The translations under genes were made by a program, and so were the position numbers. Below the pieces are notes generated by a model. It made no database searches and was not told where the DNA came from. It saw nothing but the letters and a program-made list of their open reading frames with translations. Below, piece after piece: positions 50,375-60,344 of a stretch of DNA of 64,000 bases (its first letter is position 1; each line of letters opens with the position of its first letter). Source of the DNA: a virus; IMG/VR virus record IMGVR_UViG_3300005253_000144, positions 38,175 through 102,174 of that record; one strand, written 5' to 3'.

Positions 50375-50926
50375 TCAAGCAGTATGAATGTTTTCGTGAC
50401 ACGAGGAACAAATTGTCAGTCCATTTTCTACATCGAACCTTAGTTCAGGATAATCTGCGAAGGGCTTAATGTGATGAGCTACCAAATTTCCCCCTTTGTC
50501 ATCCCCACATTTTTGGCAGGTGAATTTATCTCGCAGGTAAACATCATAACGCCAGCGCTTATATTGCATCGACCATCTTTGGCCTCTGCGCTCTTGAACC
50601 TTTCCGTCCTTATAAGCCGGTGCATCTCTCCCACTAGGGCTTCTCTCCCTAGATATTATGCTAATTTTGGCTCTTGTTTCAAGTGTGTGTTTTTTGCCAA
50701 TTCTATTGGATGGTCTCTTCTTAGCCGCTTCGCTCATTTTCCTACGAGATTCCTTGCTCATCTTTTTCCCCTTCATTGGCGGAATAAAATTAGGATGACG
50801 AAGTTGCCACATTTCCCTCATCTTTTGTTTGGTTTCCTCAGTGTGTTTTCTGCCAAAGAAAGGGTTGTTTTCCCCCTTATTATTTATTTGATTTGGTTTG
50901 TTTTTGGGTTTCTTAGCAGTTACCAT
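50375..50926 (-). CDS. Free-standing NUMOD3-HNH homing endonuclease
   Basis: NPFFGRKHTEETKQKM and GKKHTLETRAKI repeats; RDKFTCQKC, AHHIK, NGLTICSSCH. Confidence 0.9.
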   Translation of the reverse strand: MVTAKKPKNKPNQINNKGENNPFFGRKHTEETKQKMREMWQLRHPNFIPPMKGKKMSKESRRKMSEAAKKRPSNRIGKKHTLETRAKISIISRERSPSGRDAPAYKDGKVQERRGQRWSMQYKRWRYDVYLRDKFTCQKCGDDKGGNLVAHHIKPFADYPELRFDVENGLTICSSCHENIHTA

Positions 50927-50968
50927 ATATAATTATATTATACGTTCAAACTTGGAAAAGATATATAA

Positions 50969-51739
50969 ATGGGCAGTAACACAAAAATTGAATGGTGTGA
51001 CAGCAGCGGCAATTTGCAAATGGGCTGCGATGGATGTGAGCTGTGGAACAAAAAAGTTCGTACATGCTACTCTGGCATTCTCACAAATCAATATGCTGGC
51101 AATAAAGGCTGGCCTGATAGTTTTGATAAACCCAAAATATTTCCAGAACGTGTAGACACAATTATCAAGTGGCGTTCCTTGGTCGCCAAAACACGTCCCA
51201 ACAAACCCTGGCTGAATGGGTTACCACGGGTAGTTTTCCTGAATGACATGGGGGACACATTTACTGAAGGCTTACCCATTGACTGGCTGTCGCCCTTCAT
51301 TGATAAGTTAGAGAAATCCCCCCACATCTACCTCATACTCACCAAGCGACCAAAACGGATGCGGGAGTTCTTTGGGTCACTTGGCTATGTTCCTGAGAAC
51401 TTTTGGTTGGGAACTTCTGCTACAGATCAGGCGACCGCCGACATCCGCATCCCCGAACTGCTGAAGATACCCGCCAAAGTCCGGTTCCTGAGTTGTGAGC
51501 CGTTATTGGAAGAAATTTCCTTGTGGCAGGCGTTGCCAGCCGGTGGACATCTTTTAGATATTCATTGGGTTATTGTGGGTGGCGAGAGCGGAACAAGGAA
51601 AAGGGCATTTAATTCTAATTGGGCGCGCAATTTAAGGAAACAGTGCCTTCCTCTTGGTATTCCTTTTTTCATGAAGCAGATCGACAAAGTACAACCAATC
51701 CCAGACGACCTAATGATAAGGGAGTTCCCCAATGCTTGA
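50969..51739 (+). CDS. Gp37/Gp68 (DUF5131) family protein, copy 1
   Basis: TKIEW, GCDGC...CY, FLNDMGDTF, LTKRP, FLSCEPLL, WVIVGGESG, FFMKQ. Confidence 0.9.
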   Translation: MGSNTKIEWCDSSGNLQMGCDGCELWNKKVRTCYSGILTNQYAGNKGWPDSFDKPKIFPERVDTIIKWRSLVAKTRPNKPWLNGLPRVVFLNDMGDTFTEGLPIDWLSPFIDKLEKSPHIYLILTKRPKRMREFFGSLGYVPENFWLGTSATDQATADIRIPELLKIPAKVRFLSCEPLLEEISLWQALPAGGHLLDIHWVIVGGESGTRKRAFNSNWARNLRKQCLPLGIPFFMKQIDKVQPIPDDLMIREFPNA

Positions 51740-52426
51740 ACTATTAGGCTACATATTCTTATATCTGATTATAGGGGTGGTGTTGTTGCCGTTCTATATG
51801 ATAGCAGCACGACTGGAGGTTACAAAGTATGGGAAAAAGAACTTGGCCGTGGCTATAATATTTTGGCCGATTGTCAACACATTTTTATTTGTTATAGCTT
51901 TGGTGGGTGGTTGGATAGAACTCAAAAACCACTTATGAACAAACGCTTACGGAAAGTGCTTACCGCAATAAAACGCGGCATTGAAATAGGGTTGTTGGAT
52001 GAGGGCATTGAGTTTGTTTACAAAGACTTTATAACAGAAGACGGCTATATATATCCTAGACAAATAGAATGGGCACGTAAACCACATCCCGGAAAACGAT
52101 TTGGGCGTTGGGATGAATAAGCGCGAGCAACTAAAGCGTGACTTAATAGAAGACCGCAAAGTCTATCAGAACGGTTGTGAAGGGCAGGCATTCAAAGAAC
52201 ACGAGTGTACTCAGATATTCCACCTCAATGAAATTCTATTCACAAGAAATCACTTCAGACACCTAACGCCCAAGAAGAAAGAATACTTTTGGGATGAGCT
52301 TAACTGCGCTATTCACTGTAGTTGCTTTCATGAACAATACGGACATTCAAAAGACTATAGAGCATTCTGGAAAGAAACGCATAATATGGAAGAATACGTC
52401 AGGAATGCGCCGTTGGTGATAAAGGC

Positions 52427-53923
52427 ATGAAATTCGGTAGCCTGTTCTCCGGTATTGGCGGTATGGACAAAGGCTTGGAAGATGCAGGAATGGAATGTGC
52501 TTGGCAGGTCGAGATAGATGATTACTGCCAAAAGGTATTAACCAAGCATTGGCCGGATGTACCAAAATTCAAGGATGTTAGAGATGTCGGAAGAAAAAAC
52601 CTCAAACCAGTTGACCTTATTTGCGGGGGATTTCCCTGCCAGGACGTATCTGTGGCTGGACGCCGTGCTGGATTGGGCGGAGAGCGGAGCAGCCTGTGGT
52701 GGGAGTTTGCACGAATTATTGAGGAACTTCGCCCGCGATGGGTCGTTATCGAAAATGTCCCCGGACTACTATCTTCTTGGACACCTACGGAACCGCCGCC
52801 GTTCTCAATATCGCCTCGAACCTTTGATAAAAAAGAAGAAGCTGAAGAATGGGGAAATAGTTTATCAGGTGAGTGGGACGTGGAAGAAACAAACGACCTT
52901 GAAACCATCCTTGTTGAATTGGAAAAACTCGGCTATTTTGGGGCCTTCAGGATTTTTGACGCTCAATACTTCAACTTGGCGCAAAGACGGGCGCGCGTGT
53001 TCATTGTCGGACATCTTACAGAACCAACCTATCCCATCAAAGTATTATTTGAGCCAGAGAGCGGCGAAAGGCATTCTCCGCCGGGCAGAGAAAAGGGGAA
53101 AGTCACTCCCCCCCGTACTGCAACAGGCGTTGGAGCAGGTCGCACAGAGAATGAGCGAAACGAATTAGACTTTGTGATTCCATTCAGCCACAGTCGCGGA
53201 CATGGTAAAGAGACAGATATCGCGCCAACGCTAAATAGCAGAACCAAAGATGGCATGATGAAAAATCAGGAGGGGCTGGGAGTTGTTGAAATAGGGCAGG
53301 GATATTGGGAGGAAGGCAAACCCAAATTGGATAAATCTTTTGCCGGAAAACCGAGGAATTTAATCGCATTCCATAATCGCCAAGACCCCGACGTGAGCGG
53401 TGAAGTAACACATCCGCTAGGAACCAAAGACAATGGAATGGGGGTAGCCTATGGATTGAACAGCCGCGGTAATAGATATGATGGCGAGAGCCAATCACTA
53501 ATTACTGAAACCGCGGCACCATTAACTGTAAAGCGCGGCGGGGGCAGCAATCAACGGCCAGCACATAATGAGGCAGATAATCTAATTGCATGGCATGAAA
53601 ACAAAGAAGGGAATCTGTCGTCAGACAATGAAACGGCCAGAGCCTTGCGCTCTAGTGCTTCCCATAGTTATCAGGGTATTGGTGTCCGCCGTCTAACTCC
53701 CCTAGAATGTGAGCGGTTGCAGGGCTTTCCCGATGATTGGACAAGAGTTCCTGCAATAGGGAAAGACGCAGGAATAGAAATTGCCTCACACCCAGAGGAT
53801 GAAGATGAAATAATCAGGGGAAAAATCATGTCGGATGCCCAACGCTATAAGATGATGGGAAATGCCGTGAGCGTCCCCGTGATTGAGGCAATAAGGAGAA
53901 AAATTTTGGAATGTATCGCATAA
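52427..53923 (+). CDS. DNA cytosine-5 methyltransferase
   Basis: LFSGIGG, GGFPCQD, IENVPG, QRRARVF, RRLTPLECERLQGFP, GNAV. Confidence 0.95.
   Translation: MKFGSLFSGIGGMDKGLEDAGMECAWQVEIDDYCQKVLTKHWPDVPKFKDVRDVGRKNLKPVDLICGGFPCQDVSVAGRRAGLGGERSSLWWEFARIIEELRPRWVVIENVPGLLSSWTPTEPPPFSISPRTFDKKEEAEEWGNSLSGEWDVEETNDLETILVELEKLGYFGAFRIFDAQYFNLAQRRARVFIVGHLTEPTYPIKVLFEPESGERHSPPGREKGKVTPPRTATGVGAGRTENERNELDFVIPFSHSRGHGKETDIAPTLNSRTKDGMMKNQEGLGVVEIGQGYWEEGKPKLDKSFAGKPRNLIAFHNRQDPDVSGEVTHPLGTKDNGMGVAYGLNSRGNRYDGESQSLITETAAPLTVKRGGGSNQRPAHNEADNLIAWHENKEGNLSSDNETARALRSSASHSYQGIGVRRLTPLECERLQGFPDDWTRVPAIGKDAGIEIASHPEDEDEIIRGKIMSDAQRYKMMGNAVSVPVIEAIRRKILECIA
52557..53168 (+). CDS. Nested alternative-frame ORF, probable beta subunit of the C5 methyltransferase
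   Basis: 203-aa open frame ending CSLSDIL...KYYLSQRAAKGILRRAEKRGKSLP, as in nested beta chains of M.EcoHK31I-type enzymes. Confidence 0.6.
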   Translation: MYQNSRMLEMSEEKTSNQLTLFAGDFPARTYLWLDAVLDWAESGAACGGSLHELLRNFARDGSLSKMSPDYYLLGHLRNRRRSQYRLEPLIKKKKLKNGEIVYQVSGTWKKQTTLKPSLLNWKNSAILGPSGFLTLNTSTWRKDGRACSLSDILQNQPIPSKYYLSQRAAKGILRRAEKRGKSLPPVLQQALEQVAQRMSETN

Positions 53924-53930
53924 AAAGATT

Positions 53931-55562
53931 ATGACAACTAGAAAGTGGCCATCTGATTTCGTCAATAAAGTAATCTGCGGGGACTGCCTTGAGGTGATGA
54001 AGCAAATACCGGACGAATGCGTTGATATGGTCATGACTTCGCCGCCTTACTGGGGCCTCCGGGATTATGGAATAGAGCAGATATTTGGGGGAAATCCAGA
54101 TTGCGAGCATGAGTGGGGAAATCAATTATCTCATCCGAAACAAGAAAAGAGAACAATTAAACAATTAAGATCGAGTAGTGGTTTATCATGGAATCGTGGA
54201 GAGAATGCGTCTATTTTTAAATGGCAAGAATACAGTCCTAAGAATCAAGGTAATTTTTGCCTCAAATGCCAAGCATGGAAGGGCCAGCTCGGACTCGAGC
54301 CGACTCCTGAAATGTATATCGAGCATTTGACCATAATATTCAATGAAGTCAAGCGGACGCTGAAGAAAGAAGGGACGCTCTGGCTGAATATCGGGGATAC
54401 TTATGGAGGGAGTAATACTGGCCACACAGGTCCGGCTCCTACTAAATGGAAAAAGCTACCAAGGGCGAATGGAAAAAGCCTACAGAGCCAAATTAATTAT
54501 CAGCCTAAATGTCTCTGCATGATTCCCGAGCGGCTGGCTTGGTCGCTGATCCAGAATGGTTGGATCCTTAGAAATAAAATCATCTGGTATAAGCCTAATT
54601 CAATGCCTTCGTCAGTTAAGGATAGATTCAGTAATCGTTGGGAAGGTCTATTTCTTTTCGTTAAAAGTAGCAAGCCTGTTTATTGGACAAATAGAAAGAC
54701 AGGGGAGCTTGTTACTAAAAGTCCTTTTGGGATAAAGGGGCTAGAGGGAATAGATTGGGAATGGAAAAAATTAAATAGCAAATTAAAAAAGGTCTCTCTC
54801 TGGCAATCGCATGATTATTATTTTGATTTAGATGCAGTAAGGGAGCCTCATAAATATGATGGGAGAAAAGATACTTTATACAAAGGTGGACCAAAAGATA
54901 TGCAAATAGGAAAACATGAAAGATGGCCAGACCCCGCAGGAAAAAATCCTGGCGATGTTATTAAAGTAGACAGGAAATGGAATGAAGTCCCGGGCCAAGA
55001 AACCCAATCAATCGCGCAAGATCATGGTGGTTGGTATAGGAAGGATGGCTCTCCTATAGTAGATTTTGAGAAGGGTAAAAACCCTGGCGACTTCTGGGGT
55101 ATAAATACCCAACCATTTCCTGAGGCTCATTTTGCCGTGTTTCCTGAAAAGCTATGTGAGAAGCCGATAAAAGCCGGTTGCCCAAAAAAGGCATGTAAGA
55201 AATGTGGAAAGGCGAGGGAGAGGATAATTGAAAAATATGACACTGGCGGGACTCAGAAAATGCCTGATTATTGGGAAACAGATCCAGGTAGTCACGGAGC
55301 TATTCATAGAAAAGGAAGATCAAAAGGAGTGGCGGGAATTCCTATTATGGCGAATAAAACCATCGGCTGGACATCCTGTAAATGCAATGCTGGCTTCGAG
55401 TCGGGCATAATCCTAGACCCATTTGCAGGAGCTGGGACAGTCGGTGTCGTGACCAAGAAATTTGGCCGGCGATTCATCCTGATAGACATCAAAAAAGAAT
55501 ACTGCGAGATGGCAGAAAAAAGGATAGCTCAAGTCGGCTATCAGATGGAGCTGAGGATTTGA
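53931..55562 (+). CDS. DNA methyltransferase (N4C/N6A) with Cys-rich insertions; paralog of 25527..27158
   Basis: MTSPPYW, AHFAVFP, LDPFAGAGT. Confidence 0.9.
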   Translation: MTTRKWPSDFVNKVICGDCLEVMKQIPDECVDMVMTSPPYWGLRDYGIEQIFGGNPDCEHEWGNQLSHPKQEKRTIKQLRSSSGLSWNRGENASIFKWQEYSPKNQGNFCLKCQAWKGQLGLEPTPEMYIEHLTIIFNEVKRTLKKEGTLWLNIGDTYGGSNTGHTGPAPTKWKKLPRANGKSLQSQINYQPKCLCMIPERLAWSLIQNGWILRNKIIWYKPNSMPSSVKDRFSNRWEGLFLFVKSSKPVYWTNRKTGELVTKSPFGIKGLEGIDWEWKKLNSKLKKVSLWQSHDYYFDLDAVREPHKYDGRKDTLYKGGPKDMQIGKHERWPDPAGKNPGDVIKVDRKWNEVPGQETQSIAQDHGGWYRKDGSPIVDFEKGKNPGDFWGINTQPFPEAHFAVFPEKLCEKPIKAGCPKKACKKCGKARERIIEKYDTGGTQKMPDYWETDPGSHGAIHRKGRSKGVAGIPIMANKTIGWTSCKCNAGFESGIILDPFAGAGTVGVVTKKFGRRFILIDIKKEYCEMAEKRIAQVGYQMELRI

Positions 55563-56371
55563 GAATAGCGAGAGTCTTTCCCACGAAAACAAGCATGAGT
55601 CCTGATGACCATGATGTATATTTTGGCGAGCCAGGACTCTTCATGCCTGAATACGATGAGGTCCACATTTCTGTAGCCTTCACATGGGATCTCGAGCGAG
55701 CTAAATGGCTTAAAAGGCAATGGGAATTCATAGCCCCGGTAAAGATAGGTGGGCCTGCAATAGATGGTGAGGGCGATGGTTTTGTGCCTGGGAAATATCT
55801 TAAAAAAGGCATTACATTCACATCACGGGGTTGCCCTAACCGATGTCCTTGGTGTTTTATAAATAAGCCACTTAAAGAACTTGATCCTGTCCTAGAGGGA
55901 AACATAATCCAAGATAACAATATTTTAGCGTGTTCCAGAAAACATTTGGATAAAGTCTTCCAAATGCTCTCCCGGCAACATGCGATCAGATTCCCAGGCG
56001 GACTTGAAGCTAGACGCATCAGATACGATATTGTCGAGCGTTTCAGGAGTTTAAGGATAAATGAGCTTTGGTTATCTTATGACAATGATGAGGCTATTTA
56101 CGATCTTATGAAGGCCGCCTATCTTCTTAAGAAATACTTCAAGCGATGGAAGTTGAGATGCTATGTCCTTATAGGCTTTAAAAATGACACCATCAAGAAA
56201 GCCGAAAAAAGGCTTGTAAAGACTTGGGAGTTTGGTTTTCTTCCCTTCGCCATGCTTTATAGAAACAAGAAGGGGGATTATCCAAAGCCTGAGAGAGAAT
56301 GGCGACATTTTCAGAGAACCTGGACTAGACCTGCTGCTATAGCCACAAAAATAAAGGAATTATTAAATTGA
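55559..56371 (+). CDS. Radical SAM protein
   Basis: SRGCPNRCPWC, QDNNIL, CYVLIG; TTG start overlapping the previous stop. Confidence 0.85.
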   Translation: MRIARVFPTKTSMSPDDHDVYFGEPGLFMPEYDEVHISVAFTWDLERAKWLKRQWEFIAPVKIGGPAIDGEGDGFVPGKYLKKGITFTSRGCPNRCPWCFINKPLKELDPVLEGNIIQDNNILACSRKHLDKVFQMLSRQHAIRFPGGLEARRIRYDIVERFRSLRINELWLSYDNDEAIYDLMKAAYLLKKYFKRWKLRCYVLIGFKNDTIKKAEKRLVKTWEFGFLPFAMLYRNKKGDYPKPEREWRHFQRTWTRPAAIATKIKELLN

Positions 56372-56375
56372 AAAA

Positions 56376-56864
56376 ATGACCATAATTAAACCGCTCAAAT
56401 CTTGGGATACTCGGGTCCCGATTTCTAAAAGCCAAGAAGATATTCGAAATCTATTGGCAAGATTCGGAGCAACAAAAATAGCTTTTGAAGAGGATCTTCA
56501 AAATGGAACACAAATTTTAAGATTTGAATATCCGATGAAAGAAAAAATGAGTGTGCCTGTTCAATTTAAAATAGAGGTAAAGGGTGTTTTTGATTGGCTG
56601 GAAGAAAATGGCCGATCCTCCTGGAATAACGATTATCTTTGGAAGCAATCAAAAAAAGTAGCCTGGAGACATATATTCGATTGGACCAAGTCGAACATCA
56701 ACCTTGTCGAGTTTGGATTGATTCCCTTTGAGAATATGTTCCTGAGCTACTTCTCGCATGTCCTCCCCGACGGGAGCTACAGAAGCTTGGGAGAGTTCAT
56801 TCTGCCCAAGCTCCATTCGGGGGAACTGTTCAGGAAACTACTGCATCAAGGAGAGGACAAATGA
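56376..56864 (+). CDS. Conserved phage protein
   Basis: SQEDIRNLLARFGA...KVAWRHIFDWTK pattern. Confidence 0.6.
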   Translation: MTIIKPLKSWDTRVPISKSQEDIRNLLARFGATKIAFEEDLQNGTQILRFEYPMKEKMSVPVQFKIEVKGVFDWLEENGRSSWNNDYLWKQSKKVAWRHIFDWTKSNINLVEFGLIPFENMFLSYFSHVLPDGSYRSLGEFILPKLHSGELFRKLLHQGEDK

Positions 56865-58138
56865 TGAGGGAAACCTCCCTGCCTTCGGGCCATACAATGA
56901 AACTCAAATTATCTGAAATTATATTCGATGCAGAAGTCTATCCAAGAATAGAAAAAGACGATGAGAAAATTAATTTATACCGCCAAGCTATTGATTTATT
57001 ACCTCCGATTATCATCTCAAAAAATAAAAAACTTATAGATGGCTACCATCGGCTAATTGTCTATCGGCTTGAACAGAAAAAAGAAATAGAAGCTAAAGTT
57101 TTAGATATTACCGAAGACCAGGATATTTATTTAGAAGCGCTAAAAAGGAATTCATCTCATGGCATGCAATTAAACTTGGCAGAGAAAAAGAGAGCCGCCA
57201 TTGCCCTTTATGAGAAATACAAATTCACAGAAGCAGAAATTGCCGAGATTCTATCGGTTACCCAAAAATCTATATCTAACTATATTGCAGACCTAATAAA
57301 AATAAAAAAGGAAGAAAGAGCCAGGATGATTTTAGACCTCTATCTTAAATGTTATCCAGAACATGAGATAGGAATTTTACTTAAAAAAGCAGGTCATGGC
57401 AATTTAGAAAGAAGGCAAATCCATAATATAATTGAAGATAGCGAGATTTTTAGTAAATTTACTAAAATTGCCATCACTTCGCCTCAGCACTCTAACTCCT
57501 GGAAGCAATTCAATTTAGATAAAAGCCAGATAAAATTTAAAGGTCAGCTGCCAAAAGAGTTGGTCCAGAATATTATTTATTACTACTCCGAGCCGAGGGA
57601 TATTGTTATTGATCCAATGGCGGGAAGCGGAATAACCGGAGTTGTCTGCAAAGAAATGGGGAGAAGACACAAGCTTTATGACATAGATCCCATCCATGAA
57701 GAGATCGAACAGAATGATATATTAAAAGGGGTCCCAAAGTTAAAGGTTAATAAATTAGCCGATTTAATCTTTTTTGATCCCTGGTATTTTTCCCTATTAA
57801 AAAATGATTATCCGCCTTCAAAATTCACAGAAAGCTACGATAGCTTTTTAGATTCAATAAAAAAAGCCACTAATAATTGCTTACCAGTTTTAAAAAAGGG
57901 CGGGAGATTGGTTCTGTTGATGAAACCTATGAGAGAAAAACTTTATGAAGGCCGATGGTTGCCGAGTTCCAGGGATAGTTCAATCCTAATTGAAAAAAAT
58001 GGATTTGAGTTGATTCAAGAGATTTCAGCGCCTTTGAGTTTTCATGAAACCTTTTCTCCTCATCAAGTAAAAGAAGCAGAAGAGAGAAAAGTTTTATTAA
58101 ATATCGTTAACCATATTTTGGTGTTCAAGAGAATGTAA
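56861..58138 (+). CDS. ParB-HTH-DNA methyltransferase fusion
   Basis: LPPIII...LIDGYHRL (ParB), EIAEILSVTQKSIS (HTH), DPMAGSG (motif I), FFDPWY (motif IV variant). Confidence 0.8.
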   Translation: MMRETSLPSGHTMKLKLSEIIFDAEVYPRIEKDDEKINLYRQAIDLLPPIIISKNKKLIDGYHRLIVYRLEQKKEIEAKVLDITEDQDIYLEALKRNSSHGMQLNLAEKKRAAIALYEKYKFTEAEIAEILSVTQKSISNYIADLIKIKKEERARMILDLYLKCYPEHEIGILLKKAGHGNLERRQIHNIIEDSEIFSKFTKIAITSPQHSNSWKQFNLDKSQIKFKGQLPKELVQNIIYYYSEPRDIVIDPMAGSGITGVVCKEMGRRHKLYDIDPIHEEIEQNDILKGVPKLKVNKLADLIFFDPWYFSLLKNDYPPSKFTESYDSFLDSIKKATNNCLPVLKKGGRLVLLMKPMREKLYEGRWLPSSRDSSILIEKNGFELIQEISAPLSFHETFSPHQVKEAEERKVLLNIVNHILVFKRM

Positions 58139-58720
58139 ATGGGAGATAAGAAATACATTGAAGAAGAAGAGACCAGAAGATTAGGTTGGAATCCTTTAGA
58201 GCTAGAGGATATTTTATGCACAAAAGTTAAGCCTCATAAAGATCATATCCTAGAAAAAAACAATAGATTAGATAAATGTACAATTGACCTGAGATTGAAA
58301 GATCGAAAAACTGGAGAAATTATCGCAAGAATCGATTTAGAGTCAAGGACAAATGAATTGTCTAAGCCATATTTTAAGACTATTCATGTGCCAAAATTTG
58401 ATTGGAAAGGTTTCAGAAACCAACATTTTCTTAGAAGAAGTAATAAAATTTTATACTACGTAAAACATCCCAATAATTCTTTTCATTTATCTTGGTCGGT
58501 AAATGAAAAATTGGGCTATCTAATGATAGCCAAGGACATTCTTTCTAGCCCTGTAGTGAAAGTAATAGATAGAACTGGAAGATACGGAAGAAAAATACAA
58601 GATATTTTTTGTTACGATGTTCCTAAAGCTAAGGCTCGTGAAATAAATGTAAAAGACGGCGGTAAGGGTTTAATCGAGCTAATAATTAGCTGGGTTAAGG
58701 CTATGGGGATAAATTTTTAA
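58139..58720 (+). CDS. Putative PD-(D/E)XK endonuclease
   Basis: TIDLRL...IDLESR; directly follows the methylase; AT-rich. Confidence 0.45.
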   Translation: MGDKKYIEEEETRRLGWNPLELEDILCTKVKPHKDHILEKNNRLDKCTIDLRLKDRKTGEIIARIDLESRTNELSKPYFKTIHVPKFDWKGFRNQHFLRRSNKILYYVKHPNNSFHLSWSVNEKLGYLMIAKDILSSPVVKVIDRTGRYGRKIQDIFCYDVPKAKAREINVKDGGKGLIELIISWVKAMGINF

Positions 58721-58771
58721 ATGCCCGAAGGACGCATACATAAAAAGCACATATCGGAAAGGATAAATTAA

Positions 58772-59653
58772 TTGAAAAAAAGAACAGGAGACGATTGGTT
58801 CCCATTCTGGATCGACAAGTGGCTTTTAGGGTCCACGAGAGACGAGTTGACAATCGAACAGTGTGCGGTATGGGTGGACTTCCTCGCTTTGAGTTACAAA
58901 GACGAAGGCTACATAAGAGCCAACGAGGGAATCCCATATCCAATCAAAAGGCTTTCCGGGCTTTTGAATAGGCCGATAAAACTTATACAACAGACAATTG
59001 ACCGGTGTCTGGAACCTAAGATAAACAAACTGAGGCTTGAATCTGATGGCACTCTTTACGTTATTTCGCACCCGGAATATGAGCTTTCAAAGCGCCATAA
59101 AAGAAGGCTCATGGAAGATGATGTCCGCCAAAAAGGACACGATGACCGACAAAAGGACACTAAGAGAAGAAGAGAGAAGAGTAGAATAGATAAGAATAGA
59201 GAAGATAAAGAAATCCTCAATCTTCTTTCCAAGGTTAAAAATTATCCGCTCAATAAAGAAAAGGACTTAGAGTTTATTAAAGAGTTGAAGGTTGAATTTC
59301 CCGATGTCGATATCTTGGAGAAGGTTAAGCAAATCTGTGCAAACTGGCTTGATAGGCCATTATTGAAAAAATCCAGACCTCGAGTCCAGATTAGGCGATG
59401 GGTTTCAAACGAACAAAAGTGGCAACAGGAGGGAGACAAAGAAAGGAAGGTCGGCAGACTCTATGCAAAAGAACCGCAATTCCTGTCCATGGAACTATTG
59501 AATAACGTCTATCGGATAATCAATGGAAAAGGAGGAGACAAGGGGAAATTTTATATCAAGGCAAAATTAGCCTTTCCTAAGATTAAGACAAAATGGCAAC
59601 AATCCGACAAGAAGCCGGAGACGTTCATTAGGCTCGTAGAGAGTGTGCAATGA
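58772..59653 (+). CDS. Phage replication initiator-like protein
   Basis: WFPFWIDKWL N-terminus, central HTH, REKSRIDKNREDK linker, C-terminal helical domain. Confidence 0.7.
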   Translation: MKKRTGDDWFPFWIDKWLLGSTRDELTIEQCAVWVDFLALSYKDEGYIRANEGIPYPIKRLSGLLNRPIKLIQQTIDRCLEPKINKLRLESDGTLYVISHPEYELSKRHKRRLMEDDVRQKGHDDRQKDTKRRREKSRIDKNREDKEILNLLSKVKNYPLNKEKDLEFIKELKVEFPDVDILEKVKQICANWLDRPLLKKSRPRVQIRRWVSNEQKWQQEGDKERKVGRLYAKEPQFLSMELLNNVYRIINGKGGDKGKFYIKAKLAFPKIKTKWQQSDKKPETFIRLVESVQ

Positions 59654-59934
59654 GGACAATTTACAAATACCCGATTCCGATCGAAGGTGCATTCGAGATT
59701 GAGTTGCCAACGGGGGCGATGATTCTGTCTTTCCAGAGCCAGAATGGGGTGCCTTGCATATGGGCGATGGTTGATACGGGGTTTGTCGAGGAAGAGAGAA
59801 GTTTCAGGCTATTTGGGACAGGGCATCCGATCGGGAATATTCCGAAAGGTGTCAGTCTCCATTACATCGGCACGATGCAGCAGAGCCAAATCCCTCCGCT
59901 TGTATGGCATCTGTTCGAGGAGGCGAAGAAGTGA
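59650..59934 (+). CDS. Conserved small phage protein
   Basis: IYKYPIP...IWAMVD...FGTGH...YIGT...VWHLFE. Confidence 0.75.
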   Translation: MRTIYKYPIPIEGAFEIELPTGAMILSFQSQNGVPCIWAMVDTGFVEEERSFRLFGTGHPIGNIPKGVSLHYIGTMQQSQIPPLVWHLFEEAKK

Positions 59935-60344
59935 ACTTCGCAGACAGGGTGGACTTCTCGAAGAAGATGATAGAGGTAGCTACGGTCGTCGGCCGGGCGA
60001 TAGATGATGTCGAGATAAGCGCCTATTTCACTCGCTTAGCCGAATATCCGCTGGACTTGGTATGCAAAGCATTTGATAGAGCATTAGACGATCGTGACCA
60101 TGAGGATATATATTTGGCGACACTGATTCCCACCGATAATGAAATCCAGAAGGCGATATCGGCGATCCTCGCGGAGGAGGGAGGCCCGGACGCGACAATC
60201 GGATGCGAGAAATGCAAGGGGACGGGTTTCATTATGGGAGAACGCAAGAACGGTTCAGTTGTCGCCGGGCGCTGCGAATGCCTCCTGGCGACCATTGAAA
60301 TGAGGAAAAAATACAGTCCGAAGGACAAAAAAAAGGAGGGATAA
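59931..60344 (+). CDS. Replication-associated protein (helicase loader/inhibitor-like) with Zn ribbon
   Basis: Located after the initiator; CEKCKGTG...RCEC. Confidence 0.5.
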   Translation: MNFADRVDFSKKMIEVATVVGRAIDDVEISAYFTRLAEYPLDLVCKAFDRALDDRDHEDIYLATLIPTDNEIQKAISAILAEEGGPDATIGCEKCKGTGFIMGERKNGSVVAGRCECLLATIEMRKKYSPKDKKKEG

